This document shows positions 26,261 to 39,626 of a stretch of 60,000 bases of DNA, one piece after another. Under the pieces are notes generated by a model. The model was given only the letters and a program-made list of their open reading frames with translations, made no database searches and was not told the DNA's origin. The DNA is from Malacoraja senta (lineage: Eukaryota). Where the stretch lies: positions 20,772,001-20,832,000 of the forward strand of contig CM075987.1 in NCBI GenBank assembly GCA_038087875.1, written 5' to 3'. Within the stretch, counting starts at the first letter, position 1; each line of letters starts with the position of its first letter. The position numbers and the translations under genes are program-made.

Positions 26261-26829
26261 TCACATCTTTTACTTAAATGAAGTGAGAGTCAAAAGAGAT
26301 GTACGACTACATAAAATGAAGTGATAGGCGAATGAAAGCAGTTTTGCATCACCAATGTCAAAGACATTGTGTTGAGATTGGCAAGTAACATGCGCACAGT
26401 CATCCACTGCGAGGCATCTCACAAAATTCAAGATTGCATGCATCAGTCTCCATTTCATAGACAAATTTGGTTCAGTAACACGGAGTAGTGAACAGTTCAA
26501 CATATTAATGCTTACTTTTCAGACACAATGAACTGAAGATGCTGGTGCCAAACAAGGCACAGTGCTGGAATAATTCAGCAGGGTGAGACAGCATCTCTGG
26601 ATAACAGATTGGTGACTTTCTGGGTCAGGATCATTCTTCAGAATCAAGAAGGGTGCTAACCCAAAAAATCCAAGTTCTCCAGAGATGCTGCTTGACCTGT
26701 TAAATTATTCCAGCTTTAAAAAAAAAAAGATATTCTTTAGGTATTACAATCACATTATTTGTCCAATATGTCAAAGTGTGCAGTCCCTGTTAGCTAAAGC
26801 GAGGTCACAACCAAGTGAGCAATACCTAC

Positions 26830-27022
26830 AAGAAGTGATGCCAGCAGTGGCCGGAAGGTTAGCATGCTGCTTAATGATGTCAGTAACCTCCAATATGGTC
26901 ACGCTTCCATCTGACATGCAGATTGCCAGGATGGAAAATACCGTGGGATTCCATTTTAAATCCAACACTGTGCACTTTTTTTCTGGCTTGTAATACACAA
27001 ATGGACGCTTCTGAGGTTTATC
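26830..27022 (-). CDS. NUP214: NUP214 exon 4
   Basis: tag/gtaggt; DKPQKRPFVYYK...DLKWNPTV...CMSDGSV...LPATAGITS; 193 nt. Confidence 0.93.
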
Positions 27023-28392
27023 CTACAATAAAGAAAACATATTTACATAGCTGCAATTACTGTATATAATAAAAGCACACAAGACAACTGATACAGGTTA
27101 AACAGAGCTAGGCAAAGGTATCTTTGGACAAATCGCCTAAAATATGGCCAGAAAAGATATGCTTTAAACGTTGATTAGTTTTAAAGACAAATCTGGTAAA
27201 CTAGTACTTGTTGGAACCAGGCTCTGCAAGGACTTTTAAGAGGCAATTGGACTAGCATTTAAGATAAAATAGTTTGCAGGATTTTGGCAGAAAAAAACCA
27301 ACTAAACTGCTCTACTTGAAGCAGTAATGGCCTGAGTAGCCACCTCCTGTGACATCCTAATTCTGTTTTAAGGAGAAGACAGGCAGAGAGCTGGAAACAA
27401 TGGGGAATTTATAGACCCTTTGGCACAGTTCTTCATGCTGGAGCAAAAAGAGTGCAGCATTACGGGTCAGAAACATTAGAACGGTCGGTCACAATGCCAA
27501 AGGATTGGAGTGCTGGATGAGCCGAAGAGTTAGAACTCGAGCAAAGACATGGAGGGATTAGAACAAGAGGAATTAAAATGTTGGATATTAGCCATGTGTA
27601 ACATCAAAGTGGTACAATTAGTCATGACAAATATATACATTATTTAACATTACAGTATTCACTCCTGTACAAAAACGAACCACTCAGAGCGGCAGGTCTA
27701 TGCACCACATAAACCACTAGAGATGACAAAGAAATAATAGTCTCTCCACAATGTGTGTTTATTTCAACAGTAAGGAGGAAAGGAATAAAAGTGCATGATA
27801 ATGGAGATAGATTAAGTAGTGTAAAAGCACATGTAGCACAAATGCTGCAAAGATCGGTTGAATGCTTTGTTCTTGCACAACTTTTAAGTAATCAACTTTT
27901 AACTTTTAAATATGGGTATGGCTGGTGTTCACTATCTACCCCTACCCAGTAGATAAAAATAAACCTGGACTGGAATCAAATATGGCAAGGCATTTGTTTT
28001 CTTTCCCTGCAATATACTCATAAACTATTTAGTTTCAGAGACAAGCCAACAGCTTCATAAGAACTTTTTATTTGATTATCGCCAAAGTTTATGTTTAAAA
28101 CATAAATGGACGGGATTTCAGTTCTTGCCATACTATTTTAGAGGAAAGATGAACTACGTGGCTTAAGCTGGTAGGGTGGACACGATGGCTATGGGTTACC
28201 ACGGACACAATAGCCACCTTATCCGCTGTATCATTATGGTGTTGCTAAACCCATGAACACAAACAGCTTGCATAAATGTATAAGCATGTGAATGAGAATG
28301 TGATTCCTGGATGGATTATGTTTACTAACATTGGATGATGAACAGTGTGCAATAAAAACAAACTTATGCATACAAAGAAAATTAGCACTCAC

Positions 28393-28544
28393 CTTGTTCA
28401 GAAATGTGCGAATATCAAAGAAAGCAATGACCAGCCCATACTCCTCTGACACCATGGCAACAGACAAGGTTAAATCATCATGGCTGAGTGCAATGTGGTG
28501 TATAGGGAGCTTCATACTAACTGTCATAAAAGGTGCACCTTCAA
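28393..28544 (-). CDS. NUP214: NUP214 exon 3
   Basis: cag/gtgagt; ...MKLPIHHIALSHDDLTLSVAMVSEEYGLVIAFFDIRTFLNK; 152 nt. Confidence 0.95.
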
Positions 28545-29459
28545 CTGGGACATTAAAACAGAACCAGGTTAGAAAAAGAGACAGCCTATTCAATGACTCA
28601 GCCCTATACAGATTAAATATCTTTCAAGATAAAGAAACTACAGAGCATAAGGTCATCTCCTATTAATGCAGCTGGCAGCCTTGGAAGAATATAAATTATA
28701 CCAACCTATTAAAGATAATGGCAAGTTTGAAGAAAGTGATTGTTCTAGGTACTTAATTCAGAGTATAAACACAAATTTATGATAATTCCTTTCCCCTCCC
28801 CATCTCATATACTATGTACCCATAAGCATTGTCACTTCAGCAGTACCAGCAAAGTTACTTACAGTCACTTAACTCAAATTGCTGCAACTTTGCTCTGAAA
28901 CAGTGTAATTCCACGCCAGGAAGATAGCTCAGGCTTTTTTTAAATAAGAGTTTGGATACGTTGAAAACAAATGATCTATTTCGCTTGTCACAGATGTCAC
29001 CAACTAATGGGGATAGATCTAAAGAACCAACCAGAGGGAGGTCAAGGAAAATAAATGTAATCATTATGGTGGAAGACTGGACTTAAAGGTCAAAGCAGGT
29101 AGAAACCCTCGCCATATTTAAAGGATACAGCTAATAATGTGTCTTTCTCTAATATGAATTGGATATAAAGTGAGCAAAACATCATCTGTACAGGTAAAAG
29201 CATGAAACACAACTTCCAAATATAAAGACCAATGGGTAAAGAGCATCCATAAACAAGGAAGCATCATTTGATTTCATCAATAAAAACTGCAAGTTGAAGA
29301 TTTTTTTAAACTACCAATTCAGCAATCACTATCCATCCCCTTTGAAGACCAATGGGGTAAGAATTATAGTTTTGTTGTTTGCTCCAACAACTCATTATTC
29401 TTTGTGCACAAATGAGAAAAATAGGATTTATCAAATTATTAGATTTCCTAATTCCCTTA

Positions 29460-32275
29460 CAATAAAGTGGGTGGTATAGCAGATAGTGAAGATGGTTGTC
29501 AAAGATTACAGCAGGATATTGGTCAGTTGGGCAAGTGGGCTGAGGAATGGTTAATGGAATTTAATACAGAGAAATGTGAGGTGTTGTATTTTGGGAATAT
29601 CATGGGCAGGACCTACACAATGAATGGTAGGGTTTTGGGGAATGTTATGGAGCAGAGGGATCGAGGAGCACATGTGCATAGTTCCTTGAAAGTGACTTCC
29701 AGGTGGATAGAGTGGTTAAGAAGGCTTTCGGCACATAGGCCTTCATCAGTCATTGAGTATAGAAGTTGGGAGATCATGTTGCAGTTATATAAGACGATGG
29801 TGAGGCCACATTTAGAATATTGTGTTCAGTTTTGGTCACCATTTGATAGGTAATATGTTGTCAAGTTTGAATGGGTTCAGAGAAGATTTGCCAGAATGTC
29901 ACCAGGACTCGAGGAGTGAGCAATAGGGAAGATTGTACAGGGTGGTGCCTTATTCCTTGGAATGCAGGAGGATGAGAAGGGGTCTTATAGAGGCAAGCAA
30001 AATCATGAGAAGAATAGATTGGGTAAACAGACAGAGTCTTTAACCCAGAGCAGGTGAGTTGAGAACCAGAGGACATAGGCTTAAGGTGAGGGGGGAAATA
30101 GACAATAGACAATAGGTGCAGGAGTAGGCCATTCGGCCCTTCGAGCCAGCACCGCCATTCAATGTGATCATGGCTGATCATCCCCAATCAGTACCCCGTT
30201 AGAAACATAGAAAATAGGTGCAGGAGGAGGCCATTCGGCCCTTCGAGCCAGCACCACCATTCATGGTGATCATGGCTGATCGTCCCCTATCAATAACCCG
30301 TGCCTGCCTTCTCCCCATATCCCTTGACTCCACTAGCCCCTAGAGCTCTATCTAACTCTCTCTTAAATCCATCTGTTCCTGCCTTCTCCCCATATCCCCT
30401 GACTCCGCCATCTTTAAGAGCCCTATCTAGCTCTCTCTTGAAAGTATCCAGAGAACCAGCCTCCACCGTCCTCCGAGGCAGAGAATTCCAGACTCACAAC
30501 TCTCTCTGAGAAAAAGCGTTTCCTCGTCTCCGTTCTAAATGGCTTACCCCTTATTCTTAAACTGTGGCCCCTGGTTCTGGACTCCCCCAACATCGGGAAC
30601 ATGTTTCCTGCCTCAAGAGTGTCCAAACCCTTAACAATCTTATATGTTTCAATAAGATTCCCTCTCATCCTTCTAAACTACAGAGTGCACAAACCCAGCC
30701 GCTTCATTCTCTCAGCATATGACAGTCCCGCCATCACGGGAATTAACCTTGTAAATCTACGCTGCACTCCCTTAATAGCAAGAATGTCCTTCCTCAAATT
30801 AGGGGACCAAAACTGCATACAATACTCCAGGTGTGGTCTCACTAGGGCCCTGTACAACTGCAGAAAGACCTCTTTGCTCCTATACTCGACTCCTCTTGTT
30901 ATAAAGGCCAACATGCCATTCGCTTTCTTCACTGCCTGCTGTACCTGCATGCTTACTTTCAGAAACTGATGAACAAGGACCATCAGATCCTGTTGTACTT
31001 CCAATTTTCCCAACTTGATGCCATTTAGATAGTAATCTGCCTTCCTGTTTTTGATACCAAAGTGGATAATCTCACATTTATCCACATTAAACTTCATCTG
31101 CCATGCATCTGCCCACTCCCCAAACCTGTCCAAGTCACCCTGCATTCTCATAGCATCCTCCTCACAGTTCACACTGCCACCCAGCTTTGTGTCATCTGCA
31201 AATTTGCTAATGTTACTTTGAATCCCTTCATCCAAATCATTGATGTATATTGTAAATAGCTGCGGTCCCAGTCCGAGCCTTGCGGAACCCCACTAGTCAC
31301 TGCCTGGCATTCTGAAAGGGACCCGTTAATCCCTACTCTTTCCTGTCTGCCAACCAATTTTCTATCCATGTCATGTCACCCCCAATACCATGTGCCCTAA
31401 TTTTGCCCACTAATCTCCTATGTGGGACCTTATCAAATGCTCTCTGAAAGTCCAGGTACACTACATCCACTGGCTCTCCCTTGTCCATTTTCCTAGTTGC
31501 ATCCTCAAAATATTCCAGAAGATTAGTCAAGCATGATTTCCCCTTCATAAATCCATGCTGACTCAGACCGATCCTATTACTGCTATCCAAATGTGCGTCT
31601 ATTTCATCTTTTATAATTGACTCCAACATCTTCCCCACCACCGATGTCAGGCTAACTGGTCTATAATTCAGTTTTCTCTCTCCCGCCGTTCTTAAAAAGT
31701 GGGATAACATTATCTACTCTCCAATCCACAGGAACTGATCCTGCTATAGAACATTGGAAAATTATCACCAATGCATCCACGATTTCTAGAGCCACTTCCT
31801 TAAGTACCCTGCGATGCAGACCATCAGGCCCTGGGGATTTATCATCCTTCAGTCCCATCAGTCTACCCAACACCATTTCGGGCCTAATGTGGATTTCCTT
31901 CAGTTCCTCCGTCACCCCAGATCCTCTGGCCACTACTACATCAGTAAGATTGTTTGTGTCCTCCTCAGTGAAGACAGACCCAAAGTACCTGTTCAACTCA
32001 TCTGCCATTTATTTGTTTCCCATATTTAATGTGAACCCAAGGGATAACTTTTTTGATACAAAGGGTGGTGGGTGTATGGAACAGGCTGCCGGGGGAGGTA
32101 GTTGAGGCAGGTACTATTACAATGTTTAAGAACATTTAGATAGGTACATGGATAGGACAGGTTTAATGGGAAATATGGGCCAAAAGCAGGCAGGTAGGAC
32201 CAGTGTAGATGGGGCATGTTGGTCGGCGTGGGCAAGTTGGGACGAGGGGTCTATTTCCACTCTGTATGACTCTAA
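29460..32275 (+). mobile_element. Older CR1 3' part split by a younger CR1
   Basis: LQQDI..WAEEWLMEFNTEKCEV..LYKTMVRPHLEYCVQFWSP up to about 30100; resumes at about 32025 with the C-terminus and 3' UTR. Confidence 0.85.
30101..32021 (-). mobile_element. CR1 LINE, 5'-truncated, frameshifted reverse transcriptase
   Basis: KSPGPDG, NYRPVSLTSVVGK, VYLDFQRAFDKVPH, GVPQGS, KFADDTK, RPHLEYC, RTRGH motifs over several frames. Confidence 0.95.
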
Positions 32276-32475
32276 TCTCAAAAATGATTTCAAATTATGA
32301 ATCGATCCTTTGGATGGCAGAAATCTGCACAACATTTCCACATTTAAGGAAAGTGAAACAGAACGATGAGGTGATTATACAGAGATTAACCCACGGTTTG
32401 TACTCAATAAACTACTACAAACAATAACCAAACTACAAAAACACTGATCATTTTCTGTTGATCAGAGAAATCCAA

Positions 32476-32497
32476 ACACACACACACACACACACAC
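32476..32497. repeat. (CA)n microsatellite
   Basis: acacacacacacacacacacac. Confidence 0.9.
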
Positions 32498-32507
32498 GAG
32501 GCATAGC

Positions 32508-32747
32508 TTGTGGCGGTACCTGGTGGCTAGCCACGGGTAGCGAACCCTCGGCTCAAGAGGGAGGCGTTGAGTGTTTGGGAGTGGGAGGCGTTGGGTCATG
32601 GGGTCCGACCCGGGGTATTTAATGTCGGGTCACGCCCAGTCACAGGGTTGGTGTTGGAAGCAGCACCGTGACAGTAATAAACGCCATTTCGTGCACATAA
32701 CTTGTTTTCGCCTCATTCTTGGCTGGACTCCTGGAGTCCCCACTACA
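32508..32747 (+). mobile_element. Solo LTR (240 bp)
   Basis: TGTGG...CTACA termini, 4-bp TSD AGCT, TATA-like tatttaa and AATAAA. Confidence 0.85.
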
Positions 32748-33110
32748 AGCTCAACATTTCAGCAAACCTTTGCTATTATGTTTCATAACTATTTTACCAA
32801 CAATCTGGTTCCAATTTAAATTTTGTCTCATCAGCAGAAAGGGCCCCCAGAAATTCTATTCAAAATCCATAAAGAAGATAATTCCTCTACATCATATTAA
32901 GTAGAATACTTGAAGTCACTCTTTAGAATTTCCATGAACGCCTAACAACAATCTACTGAGCCTGTGAAGCAGTAATTCAGAGGCCAAAACTCTTTCAGCA
33001 GTGTAGTGCCCATGGCCTTCAAGCATGCACATTATCCTTGACCAAAAGTGAGGAGAATTAAGTTTTCCACCATCTAGCTCACAATTTTAAAAAGAAAGAT
33101 GCGTACTTAC

Positions 33111-33306
33111 TAATATCATTTATACTTCCCTCTTCCTTGTCAGCCAAAGCAATGTACTGACTGCTGATAATTTTCATGCCATTGATGCCTCCCATAAAGA
33201 CGAGTCCATAATGGTTGGATATGACCAAGAGACTGACCCTATCTTTCGGCAACTCCTCCGGGATGTCAAAGACGCGAAATCTCTTCATCTGCCGGAACAT
33301 GAAGTA
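33111..33306 (-). CDS. NUP214: NUP214 exon 2 (beta-propeller)
   Basis: cag acceptor, gtaagt donor; YFMFRQMKRFRVFDIPEELPKDRVSLLVISNHYGLVF..., 196 nt, phase 0 to 1. Confidence 0.95.
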
Positions 33307-34789
33307 CTGTGGAAGGAAGTTAGACATGTTCAAACAACTTACTAAAGGAAACCACTACAACCTAAAGGTGGCATCAAAACAGTAAGAAACTCCATGCAAG
33401 AGGATTAGATAAATTGGAGGTACGGAAGGGCAAATTGGATGGCTGATACAAATGGCAACTATCTGTGTTATATGACAGAGGTTTGGAACCGTACCGTTAT
33501 GTCACAGATTTGTTTTACTACCTTAGAAACTGACAATCAAAAAAATCTAGCTTATTCAATCTCTCCTTATAACCAAATTTTCTAATCCATATAACATCCT
33601 GACGAATCTCTTTGGGATCCTCTCCAACACAAGCAAATCCTTCCTCCAGTGTGGCATTAATCTGTATACAATACTGTAGGTGAGGCCTAACCAATGTCTT
33701 ATAAAGTTGTTACATGTCAAGGTCTTTCTTCAGACCGTCTAAAGTCTCAATCTGAGTCCGAGTCTCAGTCTGCAGAAGGGTTTTGACCTGAAACGTCACC
33801 CATTCCTTCGCTTCAGAGATGCTGCCTGTATCGCTGAGTTACTCCAACGTTTTGCATTTATCTTCGGTGTAAACCAGCATCTGCAGTTCCTTCCTACATC
33901 TTTTATACCTTTATTGCCACATGCAGAGATCTCTGGACTTGTACCCCAAGGTCCCACTGTTCATCAAAACTACCAAGGGCTCTAGCATTTACTGTATATT
34001 TACTTGACTTTTCAAAACGTATCATCTCACACTTGTCAGGATTAAACTTCATCTGTCATTGATCGGCCCAATTAGCCTTTGACAATCACCGTTATCTACA
34101 ACACCACATGCTGAAGTCTTGAACATAGTGATTCTTGTGAAATCCAAAGCGGGCATTAGTAAGTATGCAGACACAAAAAGTTGGAGTAACTCAGCAGGAC
34201 AGGCAGCAATCTCTGGAGAGGAGTGGGTGACATTTCAGGTCGAGACCCTTCAGTAAGTAGGTTATTGACGAGTAAGAGCTATTCAATAACAGTGATAGTG
34301 ACACTATTACTTTGGTGATGATTGAGAGAAGTCTTCAGTACCACTGATGAAATGTTAACTGATCACTTTACTATATCCAGTGCCCTCAGCCACTTCTTGA
34401 TATCACATTGAATGAATCAAGTTGGCTAAATACAAACTTCTGCACCATCACAGCTTCCTCCTGAGACCTCCAGCACAACTGAAATGAGAACTCAGCATGG
34501 TCTTTGACGCACACCTTCTGGGCCTCAACATCACTTGCAGCGTCCCACAAGATGCTGCATGAATAGCGGAGTCACTCCGGCACTTTGTGTTCTAGGCAAG
34601 ATTCCAGCATCTGCAGTTCCTTGTTTCCCCCTTGAATCTTTAAGTTGTGAACACGGAATGCAAACTTCAAAATAAGTATTTACAAAACTAACATAGTCAT
34701 GTAGGATCACACTCTCAGGCAATGTCAGCGCCCATTATCTGCCACTTGCTGTCCCTCATCTCACCATCACCACTTCACCCTCACATTCG

Positions 34790-35100
34790 CCCGTCCGGTG
34801 AATCACAGCAAGCCATTTATTTTCTCCACCACTCACCTTCATCTCCTTCTCGGGGACGCCGACCACGCCGTCCCCCATCGCGAGTCACTTGTTAACCGGC
34901 GCCAACACCAAGAGAACAAACTGCGAGTCGTCGACGCCGCCGCCGCCGCCCGCTCAAACAGGCCTCCACGCGCGTCACATCCGACGCCGCTGCGCGCATC
35001 ACAGACAGAGCCTCGGTCACGTGGGAGCGAGCGGGAGGCGGGGTCAAAAGTACGCGTCATCATCAGTCCAGGCAGCAGCCCGACGCAGGCGCGCAGAGCT
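34790..35100 (-). promoter_or_regulatory. CpG-island-like NUP214 promoter / 5' UTR
   Basis: Marked GC and CpG enrichment around exon 1 in an otherwise CpG-poor window; E-box CACGTG at about 35018 and TGCGCGCA (NRF1-like) at about 34991. Confidence 0.75.
34837..34878 (-). CDS. NUP214: Nucleoporin NUP214 (CAN), coding exon 1
   Basis: ATG at 34878; MGDGVVGVPEKEMK then gtgagt donor; resembles human N-terminus MGDEMDAMIPEREMK; lies in a CpG-rich segment. Confidence 0.93.
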
Positions 35101-35133
35101 GAATGCATGAATGAATGAATGAATCAATGAATG
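35100..35133. repeat. (TGAA)n microsatellite
   Basis: tgaatgcatgaatgaatgaatgaatcaatgaatga. Confidence 0.8.
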
Positions 35134-36769
35134 ATACTTTGTAATAGTGTCGGGTAACATTTGCAAACACTACGTTAGGACGAAATGAATGTCAGGAGGA
35201 AAGGAATAGAAATGCATGATAATGGAGTTAGATTAAGTAGAGTAAATGCACATGTAGCGCAAACAGCAACGGACAGCAAAATCCATTGCACCACTTCTGA
35301 CACCATTGACCATGCAAGGCCTTATTTATTACCTTTTTCATTTATATTTCAGGATGCAAGCATAGCGGCAATTTAACACCCATTCCTTGATCATCCTTGA
35401 GAAAGCAGGGTGAACCATCTTCTACTGAAGGCATTCCCATGGTGTTCTCAGATAGAGAATTTTAGATAAAACTGAAGAAGGGTCTCGACCCGAAACATCA
35501 CCCATTCCTACTCTCCATAGATGCTGCCTCACCCGCTGAGTCCAGCATTTTGTGTCCTATTGTCGTGTTGTGTCTAGCATATCAACTACTTAGGATTCCA
35601 GTCAAGTTATGTTTGAATTATGAATTTCTATGGGAATGTATTTGCTTGTTGCATGAACTTCTGTACTCAATTCCTGACTGGTGAAGATGGACATGACTGA
35701 GATTGTATATTTCTAATATAGTTCTACGGAGCGCAAAGTATTGAGGAAATCCAATTTGCTTTACCCACTCAATCAGAACCCAAATTTAAACAAAATAAAG
35801 CTCCCCCATTTGTCCATGTCAGAATATTTCAAATGCTGCAGGCACAAATATAATAGAGATCGAAACAACACGTGGATTTGGAGTTATGATCCCTGTTAAT
35901 TCACTCTTTAACATCTTCTAAACATTATTCTCAAAGGTATATTAGTGAGATCATATAGACTCAGCAAATATTTGCCAAATATGTGCTCAGTCCGCCAAAG
36001 TCTACTGGATCTCCCATTTGCTAACCATATTAACTTCCATTCCCATACTGACCTTTCTGCCTTAGGCCTTCTCTATTGCCAGAGTGAGGCCATGCGCGCA
36101 CAGCCATTTCTCCCTCCCATCCTATATTCCTCCCTCTGACCACAATTTACACCTGTTCTATTCTTGTCCCACACCTTTTATCTTTTCATCTCTGGCCTTT
36201 TCAACCACCTGCCTTTCAAAAACTGCCCTCACCTGTATCCACCTATCGCTTGCCAGGCTTTATCCTGTCCTCTCTTCCAGCCTTATCCCTCCCAAATCAT
36301 AATCAATCTCAAGGGTCCTGAGCTGAAATGTTACCGACACGTTCTGCAGACATGCTGCCTGACCCGCTGAGTTACTCCAGCACTTTATGTCTTTATTTGT
36401 AAACCAGCATCTGCAATTTCTCATATCTACTATTGGCTAATTGTTGGGTGTTAATTATGAGGCCAATGTTTAGGATATTTCGCAACTAGCACGAGGTGTA
36501 CTCTCTGCTCTGCTGAAACAACTCAACTTGGAGCAAGTTTTAATGACTTAACTTACTGTGACAGGCAGTTTGATATTGATCCCAATTTTAACATCAGTTA
36601 CACACATTAGCGCCATATCAATGAATCCCTCTATGGGAGCAGGGGAGCATTACTGCCAATTATTTGAAATGTGTTTAGTTGAAATCAACAAAGAGAGAGC
36701 AACTTTCATTCAAGAATTGCTTTATTTCACTCTTGTTATGTACAAAATTATGAAATGATTCCCAACAGA

Positions 36770-37935
36770 ATGGATATTAGTTACATGAAGAGGTTGAACA
36801 AAGTTGGATTGTTTTCTTTGGAGCTTTGGAGACTGAGGGGAGACCTGATAGAAGTTTATAAAATTACTAGACCAACGGGGACCGTCCCCTCAATGCGGTT
36901 GCGGTGAGGGCGGCCTTCAGCATCACACACAGACACACACTAACCATCCCCGCCTTAGTATTATACTAATATTATTAATTTGCTCCTTTTACCCCATCCC
37001 CTGACCTATCCACTCACGCATCACCCCCAACTGCACAGGCGTGGCTAGAGAGGGGGGTGGAGAGGGAGGGGGAGGGTGGTAGAGAGGGAGAGGGAGGGGG
37101 GTAGAGATTGAGGGGTGGGGGGTCGCGGCATCACAGGGGAAGGCTGTTTCTCGAATGCAATACTCCACCATACCCATATGTCTCAATATTCACCACTCCC
37201 TAGCGAGGGAGGGGGGCAGAGAGGGAGCGGGGGCAGAGAGGGAGGGGGGGCAGAGAGGGAGCAGGGGGCAGAGAGGGAGGAGGCAGAGAGGGAGGGGGGG
37301 CAGAAAGGGATGGGGGGCAGAAAGGGATGGGGGGCAGAAAGGGAGGGCCCCCTCCCCCCCTTCTCCATCCCCCCCTCCAACCCCCCTCTCTCTCTCTGCC
37401 CCGGGGAGGGGATAGAGAGGGAGGGGGAGGGGGGTAGAGGCAGCACCTACCCAGGTCGTAGAGCAGAAGCCTCCTCACCAGGCGCCTGGTCCGAGATAGG
37501 CTTCGGCCGGCATGGACCAGAGCGATGCCCGGAGCGATCTGAGGATGGTCAAAAGCAGCGGAGGGCCGGATGATGGTGGCTTCCGTGAGAGGCATAGATA
37601 GGGTAGACAGTTCATTTTTTTCCCAAGGCATGCCCATCAAATACTAGGGGCATAGGTTTAAGGTGAGAGGGGTAACATTTAAAGGAGATGCGCAGAGCAA
37701 GTTTTTTATTTATACAGAATGGTGGGTGCTTGGAATGTCCTGCCAGGGGTGGTTGTGGAAGAAGATACGATAGTAATATTAAAGACGTTTTTCGTAGGCA
37801 CATGTGTATGCAGGAAATGTAGAGACATGGATCAGGTGCAGGCAGAAGGGATTAGTTTAATTTGGCATAATGTTCAGCACAGGCTTTGTAGGCCAAAGAG
37901 TTTGTTCCTGTGCTGCACTGTTCTGTGTTCTCTGA
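36770..37935 (+). mobile_element. CR1 3' fragment interrupted by a Helitron
   Basis: ggagacctgatagaagtttataaaatta | tgagaggcatagatagggtagacag is continuous CR1 once 36867-37585 is removed. Confidence 0.8.
36867..37585 (-). mobile_element. Non-autonomous Helitron-like element
   Basis: Minus-strand 3' end CTAG preceded by a GGGGAC..GTCCCC hairpin; inserted between A and T with no TSD; interior has GGGGCAGAGAGGGA tandem repeats. Confidence 0.75.
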
Positions 37936-39626
37936 TTCATTCTTCCTACAGTTCCCAACAGCACCATATTCTGAAATCTTCGCACAAGTTCCATTCACAT
38001 GCAGAAAGATGGGCAAATAATAAGTAATTAGAAACAACTTCCGAGAGACAAAATCAATGAAGTCAGAGTAATAGAATTAGATTTTGCATTAGAAGCAGGA
38101 AGGATAATACGGCAGAATAGGAGTGGTATTGGCAGCATATCAAACAGATTGAATGATTATAAACATATTATATATTGAAAATACAAAAATGATTTAGAAG
38201 GATGAAGCCAGAACTCAGAGAGAACTCATTTAACACTAGTAAAATTACAATTACAATACAATTTATTTGTCTTTTGGACAAATTTGTCATTTGGACCCCT
38301 TGAGGTCCAAACGAAATGTCGTTTGGACCTCAAGGGGTTCAAAATAATTCCGAACATAATAGATCAACCACATTGAATCCCATATGGTATCTTTTCTGAT
38401 TTATCAATATTATGGTTGATCATCTCTCAAAGTTCCACTTAACTGCCACAACCATACAGTATACCTCAATTCTGATATCTACCATTCTTAACCTTTATTC
38501 ACTCATGTTTGAACTTCATTCTCTTGGACACATGGCTGAGGTGTGATTTGATGGAAATCTTTAAGATTATAGAAAAAGGTTTGCACGTGTGAGCACAAGA
38601 GAAGATACTTCCAAGGTAGACACAAAATGTTGAAATAGCTCAGCAGGGCAGGCAGCATCTCTGGAGAGAAGGAATGGGAGAGAAAGAAAGATACTTCCAC
38701 TCCTGTGGAGCCTAGAACTTGTAATCCTAAGTATAATTTTGTCACTTAGAAAACAAATAGAAAATTGTAGGTAGGTATTCGGCCAAATGACCTGCATCTG
38801 AACATTGTTGAATTATCTCTTATTAACCCTCCCACGCCACTGTTTACTGGTCTAATTAGCACCACATGGCAGTAACATATTGAGGTATAGAAGGAACAGG
38901 AATACTGTTCTATATCAGAAATTTGTAGCAAGGCTTTGAAAACTAATCAGGCCCACGGAACAAGAAATTATTTAGATTTCTATGCTGCACGTTTCGCATC
39001 CTAGGCTATTCCAAAAGGTCTTCACAGAAAATTACTAGATTTAATGTATAAGAAAGATGACAACCAATGTACTTGCAGTAACCTCCTGTATACAACATTG
39101 TGATAATGGTCCAATAATCGACTTTAGTGGGGGAAAAGCACCAGCCAGTAAACAACATGGAACCCAGCTTTGCTTCAAACGCACATAACCTTTTACATCT
39201 ACCAAAGAAAACAAAGAATTAACCCAATTTTACACTTCCGACGATTCTGCACACCATGGGGAATGTTGACTGAGTGCTCAGGTCTTTGGCGTACCAAACT
39301 ACAAACTCCGGGATCATAAGTAACTGTGATAGCCACACAAGTCAAGCACAAACCTAAATGGAGTTCTCTATTAAGGTTAGAGACTACAACAAAGGGGTAC
39401 TGGGTAGTCTGTAAGTTCTGTTGGGTAGCATTGGACAAATGAGTAATAGATTTGTGCATCACTGTACAGGAACACATAGATTTGAAAAATATCAAACATG
39501 ACATTATGTTTTGACTGACAGGGAACATTCAGCCACCACCTCAACAAGTCCAAGATGAAACATCACACGGGGGCATTTACAATTCAAGAGAAGTGCACAA
39601 TCATTCCCAGTTCTTCATCCAAAGGG

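Noticed and set aside
34798..35118. Overlapping ORFs at the promoter
   Set aside because: Stop-poor GC-rich sequence; only the 42-nt exon 1 matches a known protein
37115..37640. Several G-rich or P-rich ORFs
   Set aside because: Low-complexity tandem repeats in the Helitron-like insert
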